From: Epiperipatus broadwayi
Lineage: Eukaryota > Animalia > Onychophora
Length of the DNA: 64,000 nt
Direction: 5' to 3'
NCBI GenBank assembly: GCA_028023455.1
Contig: JAQFVV010000003.1
Coordinates: forward strand, 20,584,001 to 20,648,000
Shown: piece by piece, positions 13,019-25,792 of the stretch
Position numbering within the stretch: position 1 is the first letter of the stretch
Layout: each line of letters opens with the position of its first letter
Position numbers and translations under genes: made by a program
Notes under the pieces: model-generated
The model's input: the letters and a program-made list of their open reading frames with translations, nothing else
What the model was told of the DNA's origin: nothing
Databases searched by the model: none

Positions 13019-14949
13019 AATAACTATATTAGTAATACCTATTAATTATCTAAAACTACAATGAGTCTCTGATAACCTTCTATGAATGGAAGTAACCTAT
13101 TCAACAAAATCATTGAAAGTATCTTTACTGTAGTGAAGAATAATATTTCCCAATAATTACTGCAATCTTATCTATTCCCTTCGTTTTTAAAATTGGAACA
13201 ATAAAAGCAATCTTAATATTGTATGCCACCACTTCATGAAGCCATATATTTCTAAAATATTCCAATAATGTTGGAAACTAATATACCACTATAGTTTAAA
13301 ATTTCTCCAGATATATCATCAGGACTTGCAACCTTTTCATTTTTTAGATTACAAATAACTATTTGACTTTACTATGTTGGATATCTTGGTCCAAATTTAA
13401 ATGAGAAGACAAAACGGATATATCATTATAACTCATTATCTCAATTCTTTGATCATTATTCAAAACATCCATCTATTCAAAATGCCATTATTGGATTTAA
13501 TAGAATTGTGACATTGTTTCATAGATCAACATGTTTTCAATGATAAAAAAAAAAAGAAAAAGTTCCAGAATAACCACAATCTATAAATGGATGCATCTTT
13601 TTTAGAATCGTAATCCACCAATCATTTTTAAGTATTCTTGTCAGCCATTGAATTTCTGCCTTCGGATCTCTAGATTTATTATGAAGTTCCATATCTAATT
13701 TATTATTCTGCCAAACAGAAATGCTTTTTCTTTTAATTAAATTACTAATATGATTATTATGAGAAAAATAATCATAATTTTTCTTTTTAATGAATCCAAT
13801 AAAAGATTTACTTATATCCACAACATTCCCTTTAAAAGAAGTGCGTACTTCAATAATGTGAAATTTCTGAAAGTCAAAATTAGCAATTTTCATATTTAAT
13901 ATCTGTTGATATTTTTCTAAACAATGAACATTAATTTATTTGTGAATATGACTGGAATAATATCTTTTTTTTAATAAAAATATTTTAATATTGAAGCACA
14001 ATAATCTATGATCTGTGTTTGTAAGTGTTCATGTAATATAAACTTTTGTATTTAGACTCTTAATTATATTTCTTAAATACCATTGTTTTAAGTGTGGATG
14101 CACCCATGATCCTTTATAGTGTTTTTCCTACCCTAAACAATACGTTAGTTTTTGTCAATCCATGTGTTGTTCAGAAATTCAATAAATCATCTGAAATGAT
14201 AGTATCAATACTGATATTTCCAATGTCTCCAAGAAGAAAAATTTGATCTTTTAATTGTATTACTGTAAGAATGTTATCCTTTTTTTTTTTTTTTCTGAAT
14301 CTAAGATATGAACATAGGATCTAGTGAAACAAGCACAAGAAGTACACTATTAGCCTTTTATTAATGCAATAAAGAATTCCAACAATAGAAGATATTAAAC
14401 TATACTGTATAGTAAATTCAATATCATGCATTCACTGATTGATCTGCCTTTCCAACAAAACTTGCAACCACTTGTCTCATCTATTAAACGTTTCTCCTTT
14501 GGGAGATGAGTTTCACTAAGAGCAACTATATTGATCTTAAATCTTGGCAGCTCTATAGCTACTTGTTAAATCCTCCATTCTAGTCTTGAAGAAATTGTAT
14601 CAAGCAAATTCAGCATGTTCTATGTGCCTATATTAAAAAAAAATAAATTATAATATTTTTAGTACTATCACTGCCTCCAGTTTTACCTCTTCTACTGATA
14701 TATTATTATTTCTATGCTGCAATTAGTCACCAATCATGACAATGTAGCCAGACTGTGTGAGACAGGCCATTTTCAGACCACATTTTCTTGGCCCTTCCAC
14801 TTCTGCAGGAAGAAGAATCTCTAAATAGGGTGCCTAAACATACAATCTTTACCAAATGAAACTACTGTCTTACTCAAATCAAATTATAGAGGTATGAAAA
14901 TAGAAGCATATTTTATTTTATATTATTGATATTGAATAAAATTAAATTC

Positions 14950-15280
14950 TATAAAAATTTTACAAGAACAATACAGTGAAGCCATGATATCCATTACATT
15001 TTGTTTCACGTCTCTCTCACATATATTGTTCATAAAAAACAACTCACACTTTTGTATATAAACTTTGATTAGAATATAATATGTGCTATTTATTGAACCA
15101 CTACTTTTCAACACATACAAATTGTACTGGGGGAAAATGGACATAACTAGGGATCAATGTGTAAATTATAAATTGTGGCAAATCAAGAACTCAGGCAAAG
15201 CTCAGGGCTCTTTGCTATTACAATTTATGCTAACAATGAAGAGAGCTATAATAATAATAATAATCAACAATTATAAACTA
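14950..15280 (+). mobile_element. Possible LINE reverse-transcriptase fragment
   Basis: Track ORF 15083-15283 contains NSGKAQGSLLLQFML, resembling the RT G.PQGS.L.P.LF motif; weak. Confidence 0.3.
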
Positions 15281-16019
15281 TAACAATAAAATTTTAAGAG
15301 GAGAAACCTAAACTCTGCAAAACTTTCAAAGTTCCTAATATTTATGGCACCCATCACAAAGTAGTAAGGGTACAATAATTCCTTTACTTAAAATAAAATT
15401 TCTTTCATTATCCTTCTCCACTATAGTCATACATTTCCAACTTCCTATTCATCAATTTATTGCTATGATTAGATCCACATTTTAATAGAATAATCATCTT
15501 TTATAAATCTTATTGATTTGTTTTTGCCACTTTGCTTTTTCTTTAACAACAAATATAAGTTCTTATTTTATAGAACTATGGTATTATGATCTCAGGGTTC
15601 TTGGATTATATTTTAAATTTTCTCAATATTCTCCTTTATGGACATGTTAATAAATAATGTTATCCTAGTAATAGACCAGATAAGACATACACTTAATTTA
15701 CACATTAATGTATATCTACTATATAATAATAACAATTTTAATAAAATATTTTAATTAAAACAAAAATGCATAAAACTGTAAATTTGGAATAATACAATCA
15801 TTTTCTAGGATAGTATTCAAATACCAAGAGTGGAAAAAGGATTTTATGGTCACTCAAAATATTCATCAACAACATAATAATTTTATTAAATGAATATAGA
15901 CAATGAGTGACTATAAAAGCAATCTTATCTATATAAATTGCAGTTTTAAATTACAGTGATCAATAGAATAAAATAAATAATAAAAAGAAATTATTTCACA
16001 CTCAGCTGCCTACTATATA

Positions 16020-16294
16020 TATACAATTTTAATGCACAAATCAGCGCATAACAGCAGAGCTTCTTCAAATTAAATCACAATTTATTATAAACTTAATATA
16101 AATTATAATACATAATAAATAATGCCCGAGCGCTTTCAAGAGAACTTAGCTCTCATAATCAGAGCTAAGTTCTCTTGAAAGCGCTCGGGCATTATTTATT
16201 ATGTATTATAATTTATATTAAGTTTATAATAAATTGTGATTTAATTTGAAGAAGCTCTGCTGTTATGCGCTGATTTGTGCATTAAAATTGTATA
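16020..16294. repeat. Perfect inverted repeat, 134-bp arms, 7-nt loop
   Basis: 16020-16153 is the exact reverse complement of 16161-16294 (checked base by base); loop CATAATC. Confidence 0.97.
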
Positions 16295-17026
16295 AAATAA
16301 ATAATATTTTATTTCAGATGTATTATTCATATCTGCAAAATCATTATCATTAAAAAGTTTAATATTTCCATTTATGTGACTGTATTTTGAATAAATAGCA
16401 TAAAAATATTTGCAATATAAATTACACATTATTTAGATTTCTGAATATGGCTAGGCAAATACCAAGACTACACATGACTTAATAACAAAAACAACATTTA
16501 TTTTACAATAAACAAATTTTATAAACATAAATACTATAGGAAGTCTGTTACAAAATTTTTAAAACACTGTTACAATACTTACAGGAGAATACTTTTACAA
16601 TTTAAACCTATTTAAAATTAATAAATTAAATGGATAAATTAAATATCCACAACCTATCATGGTCTTAGGTGGACAAGTGCATCTTATAAGTAAAAGATTA
16701 TTACAAAAAATTTTCATCCTTAAAGTTAAATAGTTATTATCATTAAATATTTTGTGTCTTTAAAATGATAGAACTTTATTAAATTATAAACAAATTTATG
16801 GCACAAGCTTTATACCTCTTGCATAAAATAGAGGTCCTAAAACAATTGTACAATTTTATAATCTATAACTTTCACTAATTTATATTTACTTATCAATTCT
16901 ATGATTTTTTTAATTTGCTGATGTTGCATTAAATCTTCAAATTGTTCTCAGAGATTACACATACACTCATACACTCTATGCTATTGTCCCAACAATAAGT
17001 AAACTTGAATGATATTTAGAACTTAC

Positions 17027-17080
17027 CAATCCAGTGATAACTTGTTTCTGGATGATGATGATGCATATTGCTTATTTAGG
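17027..17080 (-). other. Candidate 54-nt exon of minus-strand host gene (contains ATG: MHHHHPETSYHWI)
   Basis: Acceptor atatcctttAG and donor TTG|GTAAGT. ATG at 17066 leaves phase 1, compatible with exon 3470-3549. Confidence 0.55.
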
Positions 17081-19040
17081 CTAAAGGATATAAATTTATA
17101 ATTTTGAATAAGTCATTAGCAGTTTTATCTCATGTAGTGCTGGCAGAACACAGCTTAAGGAGCTAAAAGTGCTCCCGAAGAAAGGATGATGCACTTCAAA
17201 ATAACAAACCTATCAATTGCCAATATACTAAAATATATACTACACCATACATGGTGATAAATACAATACAAGGAAAATACTTCCAAGAGGAAAAGCTAAA
17301 TAAAGCAATGAAGCTAGTGATGACATGAATCTAAAATACACATCTACTTTTTGAGGGCAAGAAAATGTTAGAACTCTTGTTTCTAGACATATATAATAAA
17401 ATGGGAATGAACAAACCATATTACAACTATAAAAACTGAGGAAAATATCAACGATATGTGGAGAATGATCCTCTATCTCCTCATTAAATATCTAAATTAT
17501 TCCAATAGCAACATTGAGAGAGATAAGCTCTATCTCCAAATCATCAAGGTGGAAATAAATTCGCATACCTTGGAAATGTACAACAGTCAGATAACTTATA
17601 TCAAATATGCATGAGAGGAATTAATTCTAAATTCTCAATAAACACAATACCAAATTGATGCATAAAACTAATAAAGTAATAATATAGTTATCAATGAATA
17701 TATATAGCCTTAAGCAATTAAAAGGACAAGAAATATTCATAATCTTTCATAAACATATAAGCATTCATTATAAAATATACTTCTCACAATAAAAGACAAA
17801 GCAATACTCTTTAAAATAATTTAATACCAAATCATTATATAGTATAATGAATAATAATAAATGAACCTCTGCCAAGCACTCTAAACCATAACATGTAAAA
17901 TATTAAAAAAATTAATATTTTAAAATAGCATATAATAATAATAATAAATTATAAATGCATGACTTAAACATAAAGCATAAAAATTTCTCAAGACCATTTT
18001 TTATTATAAAAATATAAAATATTAAAGTTCTTAATCTTGCAGAGCTTCTGGTTTGATAGCAAATAAATTTAACAAGTAAACATGCTTTTCCAAATGCTGG
18101 CAACATAATTTGAAAAGGTGCATATGCATTACCTATTTTTTTAAAAATAAAGATTTTGTGCACACACACAAAGAAAATGTTAATAAATAGTCGTTATTTT
18201 GCGAATCCTCCATATATAATTTAAAGGACAGTTTTCAACACTTCTCACAGCATTACTCCGGTTTTCTATTTTATCTAAAGCAGACAATTATTTAAATATA
18301 GCAATTAATCACACATTCTTCTTTTCCAATTTCAGCAAGTTTTCCAAGCAAGATATTCAATACAGCGATTTGGTCATAAACTTTCTTCTCCAAAATTTAA
18401 GCGATTCAAAATAAATATTTAAATATAGCAGTTTTCAAAGAAAAGAACAAGCTTCTACTAATCATTCAGCACTTAATAGAATACATAAATTCTATAATAG
18501 TAATCTTTGTCAAAATTAGTAGCATTTTGTCTGTAAATGTAATTTGCTAACACTCTAAACATAGCATTGCTTAAGGCAAAAAGTATTAAATATTTTTCAT
18601 TTGAATTAACTTCTCAAGAGCATAAGTTAATTTATCAAGTACCTTTTTTTAGTCAAAACAATAAATTACTAATTAGTTATTGATGATAATAAAATGTAAT
18701 TAGTCTTCAAAACAAACTTGTGTATCTATTGAATCATTAGTTCCTTTAACTAAATTTATCCATGAAAAACCATTTAAATAGATAACAAAACATTTTAAAA
18801 GTTTCTGACAATTATTATTATCTTTACAGGTTATAAAAGAAAGTTAAAACTGTTATAGTTAATATTAAGGTAAACTTCCAATGAATTTACTATAAAATAA
18901 AAAAATTTAAATGGTTGGTAATAATCGTAGGACATAAATAAGTAATAGTTCTTAAGTGAAATAGAATAAATTATGTTTGATATCTGCGACATGTTAGTTT
19001 TGTAGAAAAATGCTTTATTCATTAAAAAACAATGACTTAC

Positions 19041-19115
19041 CATTTTGCTTTCTAAATTCTCCTTCAATATTGCTGATTTAGATTTTCAATGAACTTGGGA
19101 TGAGAAACCTAGCAC
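19041..19115 (-). other. Candidate 75-nt 5' UTR exon ending in ATG
   Basis: Acceptor ctttatcAG and donor AAAATG|GTAAGT; stops in all three frames before the terminal ATG. Confidence 0.5.
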
Positions 19116-19603
19116 CTGATAAAGTTTTTTACGTACTCATTTCATTTGAAAAAAAAAATTAACTTATTTAAAAAAATATAATTTTTATTTTAATTATTAA
19201 GGCTTTAAACTTCTGTTGATAGCACTCAAGAAGATGATGGACAAAAAAATCATCATTAACATGTGAGCATATGTCTTTTATAGCTTGCTAATGTCAATCA
19301 TTTTGACTGACAGGCAACATCCTTTCCTCTTAATTTTTCAACCTTCAAATTATTAGTTATATGAGTATCTATGGTTTGAATCTAAACAGAATTAAATATT
19401 TACTAGACAATCAAACGTGATAGTCTAGGAATGTTAATAATTACTGAAGATACAAACTAATTAAGAAATTATATGGTTAAAATAAAATAAATATTACATA
19501 ATAATTATTTTATTCTTCTACTTTAAACTCGCTTAAATTATATTAAGGACCAAATTTCTGGGATTCACTAATATTTAATTTTTTTAAAACTAAATAAGAA
19601 TAT

Positions 19604-19884
19604 TACACAGAGGCTAAACTCTTCATACAGTAGCACCCTTGCAAGACAGAGTAATCAATGGATGCAAGAAGATTTGTGCATAAAATCCCTATCTAGTGCC
19701 TACTCATTTTAGGTGCAGTGCTCTCAGATCCAAGACTCCTCACTAACGAAAGTCACAAGCTGGAAACTAGTCTAGGGTTATTGGATGAGTAGGCACTAGA
19801 TAGGGATTTTATGCACAAACCTTGCATCCACTGATTACCCTGGTTTGCACTAGTGGCACTACTGTATAGAGTTTAGCCTGTGTA
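19604..19884. mobile_element. Foldback/MITE family A, copy 1
   Basis: Long inverted arms (cagaggctaaact…agtttagcctgtg; tgtgcataaaatccctatctagtgcctactcat / atgagtaggcactagatagggattttatgcaca). Homologous to 45614, 52462 and 56832; absent from duplication copy 2. Confidence 0.85.
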
Positions 19885-20719
19885 AACAGCAAGTATAAGA
19901 ATAATAAATGGTGATCATGCGATAAATAAAAATATTCTAGAATGATATTCAATATTCTCAAATAAAGAAATATTCTCATTAATAAATAAAAATTACTAAT
20001 GCATACAATAGTCACACATATTTAAAAATTATCCCATATCTTTTAAACTAATTAATTTAACTCTTTCTTTTAAATAGCATTAAATTACCAGTTTTTCAAA
20101 TCAACTAATTTAATTTAATCTCTAAACTCCATTTTAATAATACTATTTTAACAAATGGATTGATTACTGTTAAAAAGTAATTTAAATAAAATACTTTATT
20201 ATAATTATGACAACTACACATGAACTTCTAACATTAAAATTAAATTTAACTAGTATTATGGTTTATTCAGGCATGAAACTGAATATACTAGAATATGAGA
20301 ATAATGTGAACTTTTTTAATATTAAGCTATTATTAGCTATACTTTTGGATTTAAATTATTAGAATCTATTTTAATCATAAGCTTAAAATACTTTGGCAAA
20401 ACAATAAGTAAAATACAATGATATTTATTTATGACAGAAATACTTTAAATAATTTACTAGTTAGATTTGCATATGATTATTTAATCTTAATAAATATGAT
20501 TTGCAAAGATAACTTAATAAAAATTTCCTCTTATAATTTTTATTATTAAATATCCCAAATAAATGAAATATTAGCTTTATTGGCAAAGCCAAAACTTACA
20601 AATCTCCTAATTTTTACATAAAAAAAAAATTTAATACATAAGTATTATTTACAGGAAGCAATTCATTTTTATTAACACATTCACAGAATCCTATATCATG
20701 TTTCAAAAGTTATTTTTAT

Positions 20720-21119
20720 TACTAGATCATTCATACCCACTCGTTCTCTTTAGGAATGCGTCTAAGGCTTTGAACATTATAGGTCCCTCGAGTTCATTCA
20801 GGTGAAGAGAGCATAAAAGCATTTTCTCCTACCTGACTAATAGATTAATATGGGCTTTCATACAAGTTCAGAAGCTTCCTAAATGTACGTTTTTGTGGAT
20901 TGCTAACATAACAGGTCCAGGTCAAAACATAATCAAGGGATTTAAATAAATATGGTCTAGTCTTAGATTGATGAATACATTTTCCACCCACATTTCTAAG
21001 ATTAATCCTGGCTTTTTCTTGATTCACTTTTATTTTTAACAACAATTTTGGGTAGTCTGTAGACCCCTGGTAGAAGGTTGGCTTGTATCCATTCCTTTCA
21101 TTTTACCTCGAGGCCTACT
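20720..21119 (-). mobile_element. Ty3/Gypsy integrase C-terminal remnant
   Basis: Track ORF 20845-21045 RNVGGKCIHQ…RKLLNLYESPY resembles the Gypsy integrase tail (F.VGD.V…KF…YEGPY). Confidence 0.55.
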
Positions 21120-23600
21120 TGTGATGTCTTATGATCCGCGATGATTTGCTATCATGACGTCATTCAAGGAATGACTGCAGACTAGATTATCATTGTCTGC
21201 GGTATTAATGTTTTGACTGTAACTAGTAAACAAATGTTAATAAATAGTGCTAAGTCACTTCTTAGAATCCTAACAAGTTTTTGGCTGGTTTGTTATTTCT
21301 AGACACTGAAACACTACACCAGTTTTGGGGACGAGGATTGGATATGCGCAATACTGAATATTTTTTTTTTTCACACAGATGTAGAGATCTTGACATTATT
21401 ATTAATCGTACATAGGATGCCGAACATATTTATATATACTCCAACTTTGTTTTCTATTTGATTTATAATGGCAACTATTGGTCCTTTAGCACCTTTCAAT
21501 GTTGACTCACCACAAATGTGGGATACATATGCATCACAGGTGAATTTCTTTTGTGAAGCTAACAATATTATTCCTAACAAAAAGAAACGTGCAACACTCC
21601 TCGCTGTCTGCGGACTAAGAACATTAAGCATTCTTCATTCTCTTATATCACCTGTGTTGTCTCATGACAAGTCATATCAAGAATTAGTAAATATTTCAAA
21701 ACAGTATTTTAATCCACAACCTTCCGTTATTTACCAATGTTTCCAATTTTACCGTCATTGGCAACGAGGAGAAAATGTGAGTGCATTTTTAGCCGACCTT
21801 CGATTTTGGTCTTTCACTAACAGAGCATCTTTGAGATAAATTTGTCTGTGGACTTCGTGATGAAACTATACAGTGCAAACTATTAACAGAAGAAACTTTA
21901 ACATTAGAGATAGCTATACAGCATAGCCTAGCCGCTGAATCTGCATTGGTGCAGGTGCGTGAAATTCGTGCCACAAACACTCCCATGTCGACAGTTGATC
22001 TTATTCAGCGAAACAGATCAACCTTACCCTGCAAAAATATTTCTAGGTTCTCACCGCCTTCTCAAACATCTCCTGCACATAAAAGGATCACTGGTGCATC
22101 TTAATCAGGATTTCCACCTTGCTATGGTTGTGGCAGTCAAGACAATCGAGTGGAATGCCCCTTTAAAAAAACCAAGTGCCATTTCTACCAGAAAATAGGT
22201 CATTTACAGTGTGTATGCCAAGCAAAACAACACACTATTCCTGGATCTGCAAATCAATGCATGGCAGTAATGGAGACGGACGATGACATTGTAGATTATA
22301 TCCATGAGATACGCCACAATGTCTCAACACCTAAATCCTCCGCACATGTGTACATTAATGGCAAGGAATGTAAAGGAAAGTAACTCAGGATCAGAATATT
22401 CTATTTTATCATTTGACACACTATCTGAATTGTGCAATGGAAAAATACCCAAACTACATCCAGTAACAATTAATTACATTACGGGATTTACAGCACCACT
22501 CAATATCATTCAAGGGATATTGTGTTGTACATGTTCAATATGGTGTACATTCATGCCATCTATGTTTATTGATAACAGAGAGTCCTTGTACAAACCTGTT
22601 AGGACGTGAATGGTTCACACCTCTAGATATTTCACTAACTGGAGTTCATCTAATTACTGAACCGTTTATTCAAGATATCATTAACCAATTTCCATAAGTT
22701 TTCAGCACATCTTTACGAACTTACAAGGGTCCAGCTGTATCATTGCCAGTTGATCCTAAATTTCCCCATATCAGACTATGAGCTCGGCCACTACCACTTG
22801 CTATGAAACATAAGATGGATGTTGCTTTAGATACTCTGCTCCATGATGAAATCATTGAACCAGTGGAAAACCCTGTGTGGACAACACAAGTGGTACCGAT
22901 TCTTAAACCAACAGGAGAGGTGAGATTATGCAGTGACTACAAGGTAACAGTTAACAGAGCTCTTCTGAATCACCCATATCCTAACCTGAGGTACACCATC
23001 TTCTGACTTCTCTTCCTCCTAGCTCCATCTTTTCAAAAATTGTCTTAGATAAGGCCTACCTACAACTTCCAGTTGATGATGTCTGCAAACATACAGACAA
23101 TCATCACTCACTGTGGAGCCTTTCGTGTAAAATGTTTACAGTTCGAAATCTGTGTTGCACCCGGAATGTTTCAGTGCATTATAGACAATTTACTCGGAAA
23201 CATTTTTGGAGTTTTTCTATATTTCGATGACATATTAATTTGTGCGTCTTCAACAATTGATCTATGTTCAAAATTATGTACTGTGTTTAAAAAGTTAGCA
23301 CACAGTGGATTGTGGGCTAATAAAGAAAAATGCATATTCGGAGTAGATTCTGGGAAATTTCTGGTATATACAATTGACAGTAAAGGCCTGCATCCATCTC
23401 CAAATAAAGCAACTGCAATTCAAAATGCTTCCTCTCCTAGGAACAAAATAGAACTGAAAGCATTCTTAGGTCTTAATAAATTTTTATAACAATTTCCTTC
23501 CGGATCGCGCAACTGTAGCTGAACCTTTACATCGTTTATTACAGACATCATACTACTCAACTTTTCCCAAAGTAAAGACTTGACATATTATGGACTACTA
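21120..23600 (+). mobile_element. 3'-truncated Ty3/Gypsy (Mag/K02A2.6-like) LTR retrotransposon: 5' LTR, PBS, gag, protease, RT
   Basis: TG…CA LTR candidate 21120-21318 with AATAAA; PBS-like TGGGGACGAGG at 21326. Gag MATIGPLAPFN…WDTY…FFCEAN…KKRATLLAVCG; zinc knuckle CPFKKTKCHFYQKIGHLQCVC; RT WTTQVVPILKP.GEVRLCSDYKVTVN and YFDDILI. Frameshifted, no 3' LTR seen. Confidence 0.93.
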
Positions 23601-24000
23601 CAAACTTTTTTCTATGCTGATGTTGGATAGTTGACAAGTTAATATTATTTACATTACGGTGGGGTTCTCTAATCACTTTCATTCGGTTGTCAAGATTTGT
23701 TTCACTTATCTTGAGCAACTCAAGGATCTCTGCTACAAGCTCAATCATGTACCGATCTGCAGCAATCAGTATTTGCTCTATGTGTTTAGGCAAATTATGC
23801 CTGAGAATCCTGACGATTTGATACTCAGACAAGATGAAGGCAATTAAAAGTTTTTAGCTTGACTGCCTGACTCTTAAAGAATTGAGTATAGCAGCCTGTA
23901 TGTACACTACACGTGTCTTGGGAGACTTGATACCGATTGTTATCTTGCTTATCCTTTCCCCAGAAGCTTGACAGAATGATATACACCCGGGTCTCATTTT
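23600..24000 (-). mobile_element. Gypsy gag capsid (C-terminal half) remnant
   Basis: LSSFWGKDKQ…QFFKSQAVKLKT / LSEYQIVRILRHNLPKHIEQIL…IELVAEILELL matches the retrotransposon gag capsid pattern. Confidence 0.6.
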
Positions 24001-24009
24001 ATGCAGTAG

Positions 24010-24720
24010 ATAGGTTCCTCAGAAAACGCGCACAAAAATAAAATTAACTTACCTTGAAAAATGGGGGATAGGTTCTATAATTTTCAGAAATTGGCATAAA
24101 AGCAAAGCAACAAGGAAAAATTACTTTAAAATTAGCATTAAAAAAATAAGGAAATAAAGTATGACTAATAGAAAATTTCAAATATTTGAAAAAAATTAAT
24201 ACAAGACAAACTTTTTTTTATTAACTACAGTATTTAATTTTAATTTTTTTCATACATATTTTAATCATTACCGCTATTTGACAATATGAGTTAGTTTGTG
24301 AACTAGTAAGAAATCAGATTCATGAGATAATGTACAACTAGCGCCACTTTCAGTCTTGTGCTGTGTTAATAGTTTTCTGTGTCTATATTAAAAAAAATGA
24401 GAGTGCAATCAAAACAAAAAGATTATACATTATCATTAGAAAGATTATTTTCAGTTTATAAAATCAATAAAATCTTCGTTATTATTTACTTTAAAAATCT
24501 AAAAAAATATTTATTTCTATCAATATCTAACAAAATACGTTTTAAAAGTTTAAAATTTTTGAATATTTATTGCGATATACATACGTATACATCTATTATT
24601 ATTATTTACTCATTAGTATAAGTAACTTATTTACATAGAAGGTAAGATTCTAAATACAGCTTCAGACCATATACACGTTAGCTGCTAATATAACGTTATA
24701 TTTTTGGAAAAAAAAAAGTA
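24010..24720. promoter_or_regulatory. CpG-containing candidate bidirectional promoter
   Basis: Minus donor CAAG|GTAAGT at 24053; plus donor GAAG|GTAAGA at 24642; CTAGCGCCAC at 24338 followed by TCAGT (Inr-like) at 24350; more CpGs than the left-hand intron. Confidence 0.45.
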
Positions 24721-24749
24721 TTTCAAGTCAAAATAAGTTACTAATAATT

Positions 24750-25760
24750 TAAATTTCTTGATATCTAATATAGTAAAATATGAAAGATATTAAGAAAAAA
24801 CATGAATCGCATAACTTCAAAATTGCATTAAAATAATCCGCATAAGACCCAAGTGTACTTATAATTCCCATAAGTCTGGGGCCTATCAAACAGAGATTGT
24901 CATCAGTTTTTTGTTGTAGCATACAGATGATTGCTAGCAATTGCAATCTTTCCAACCTCTGTTAGGTCTTAGACAGTGAATAGCTCTTCTAAACTTTGGA
25001 GGTATTCTCCAAATATTGCCCCTTAAACACCTTAATCTTCAGAAATTTTAAAACCATTGAATTACCACCAAAATTATGATGAGTATAATTACTATCTTCT
25101 ATTTTAGAACTATCATTTCCTGGTCTATTCAATAAATTATTAATCTCCTGCACAATAGGACTATCAACCAAAGAATATGACATCCTAGTATCTAAGATTG
25201 GTTCTCCCTTAAGGCAGTGATTATTTCTCACTAAGCTAACATCTCCATCTTTTATTACTTGCAATTTCTTGAATTTTCTTAGGTATAACATTAAATCTAT
25301 CTAATTTCAGCCAATAAATCATGAATAAATTCCTTCTGCTCTTGTTTGAAATTGTTAAGTTGCTCTCCCATCTTTTGATTTGGCTCAGCTTCTTTATTTA
25401 CTAAATCATTTAATTTTTGGCCAACATCCATTAACTCTTTTTGGATCTGCTTAATATTTTTCTCTAGTAGAATGTAAAATTTCTTTACTTCATGCATTTC
25501 GACTCCTGCACAGAATCTATTAACTCTTGTTTGATAGCTTGCAAAATGACATTAATCTGAGATTGAATACTACCATCAATTTGTTGCATACTTAATATTT
25601 TTCAACTCCTATACTTAAACTACACTGTTTTTCATCAGTCATTTTATATCTCAAATCTAATTCAATTTTAAATTGTTCTACAATACTATTAGATTGCACT
25701 TCTATGCATTGCATTTTATAGCTCATTTCCATTATGTGCCCTGATGACTTTTTAATTTAT
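24750..25760 (-). mobile_element. Gypsy gag N-terminal half remnant (coiled coil + capsid start)
   Basis: Track ORFs 25297-25497 (coiled-coil-like), 24989-25291 (…KVFKGQYLENTSK) and 24749-24955 (…SYADYFNAILK) follow the F.G…ENP…Y.DF..AFL gag pattern. Confidence 0.55.
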
Positions 25761-25792
25761 CAAATGTTTTTTTTGTTAGTAAAGATGATAAA

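Larger units (their letters stand above)
11010..14790 (-). mobile_element. Decayed RTE/BovB-like LINE, with internal duplication and nested insertion
   Basis: VAIELPRFKINIVALSETHLPKEKRLIDETSGCKFCWKG (~14560-14440, APE N-terminus); KDQIFLLGD; track ORF 11662-11856 FNDCVIFASSKDHLQNVLNVLSATYKVFTLLTHFQKSQVLYQP equals RT motifs 5-7 (FADDCAL…KKTEVLYQP). About 190 bp is tandemly duplicated around 12123-13140. Confidence 0.85.
18668..20590 (+). repeat. Local duplication, copy 1 (paralog at ~25793-28425)
   Basis: Collinear similarity over ~1.9 kb, e.g. ttagttcctttaactaaatt, gaacttgggatgagaaaccta, gctaatgtcaatcattttga and cagctttattggcaaag are present in both copies. Confidence 0.9.
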
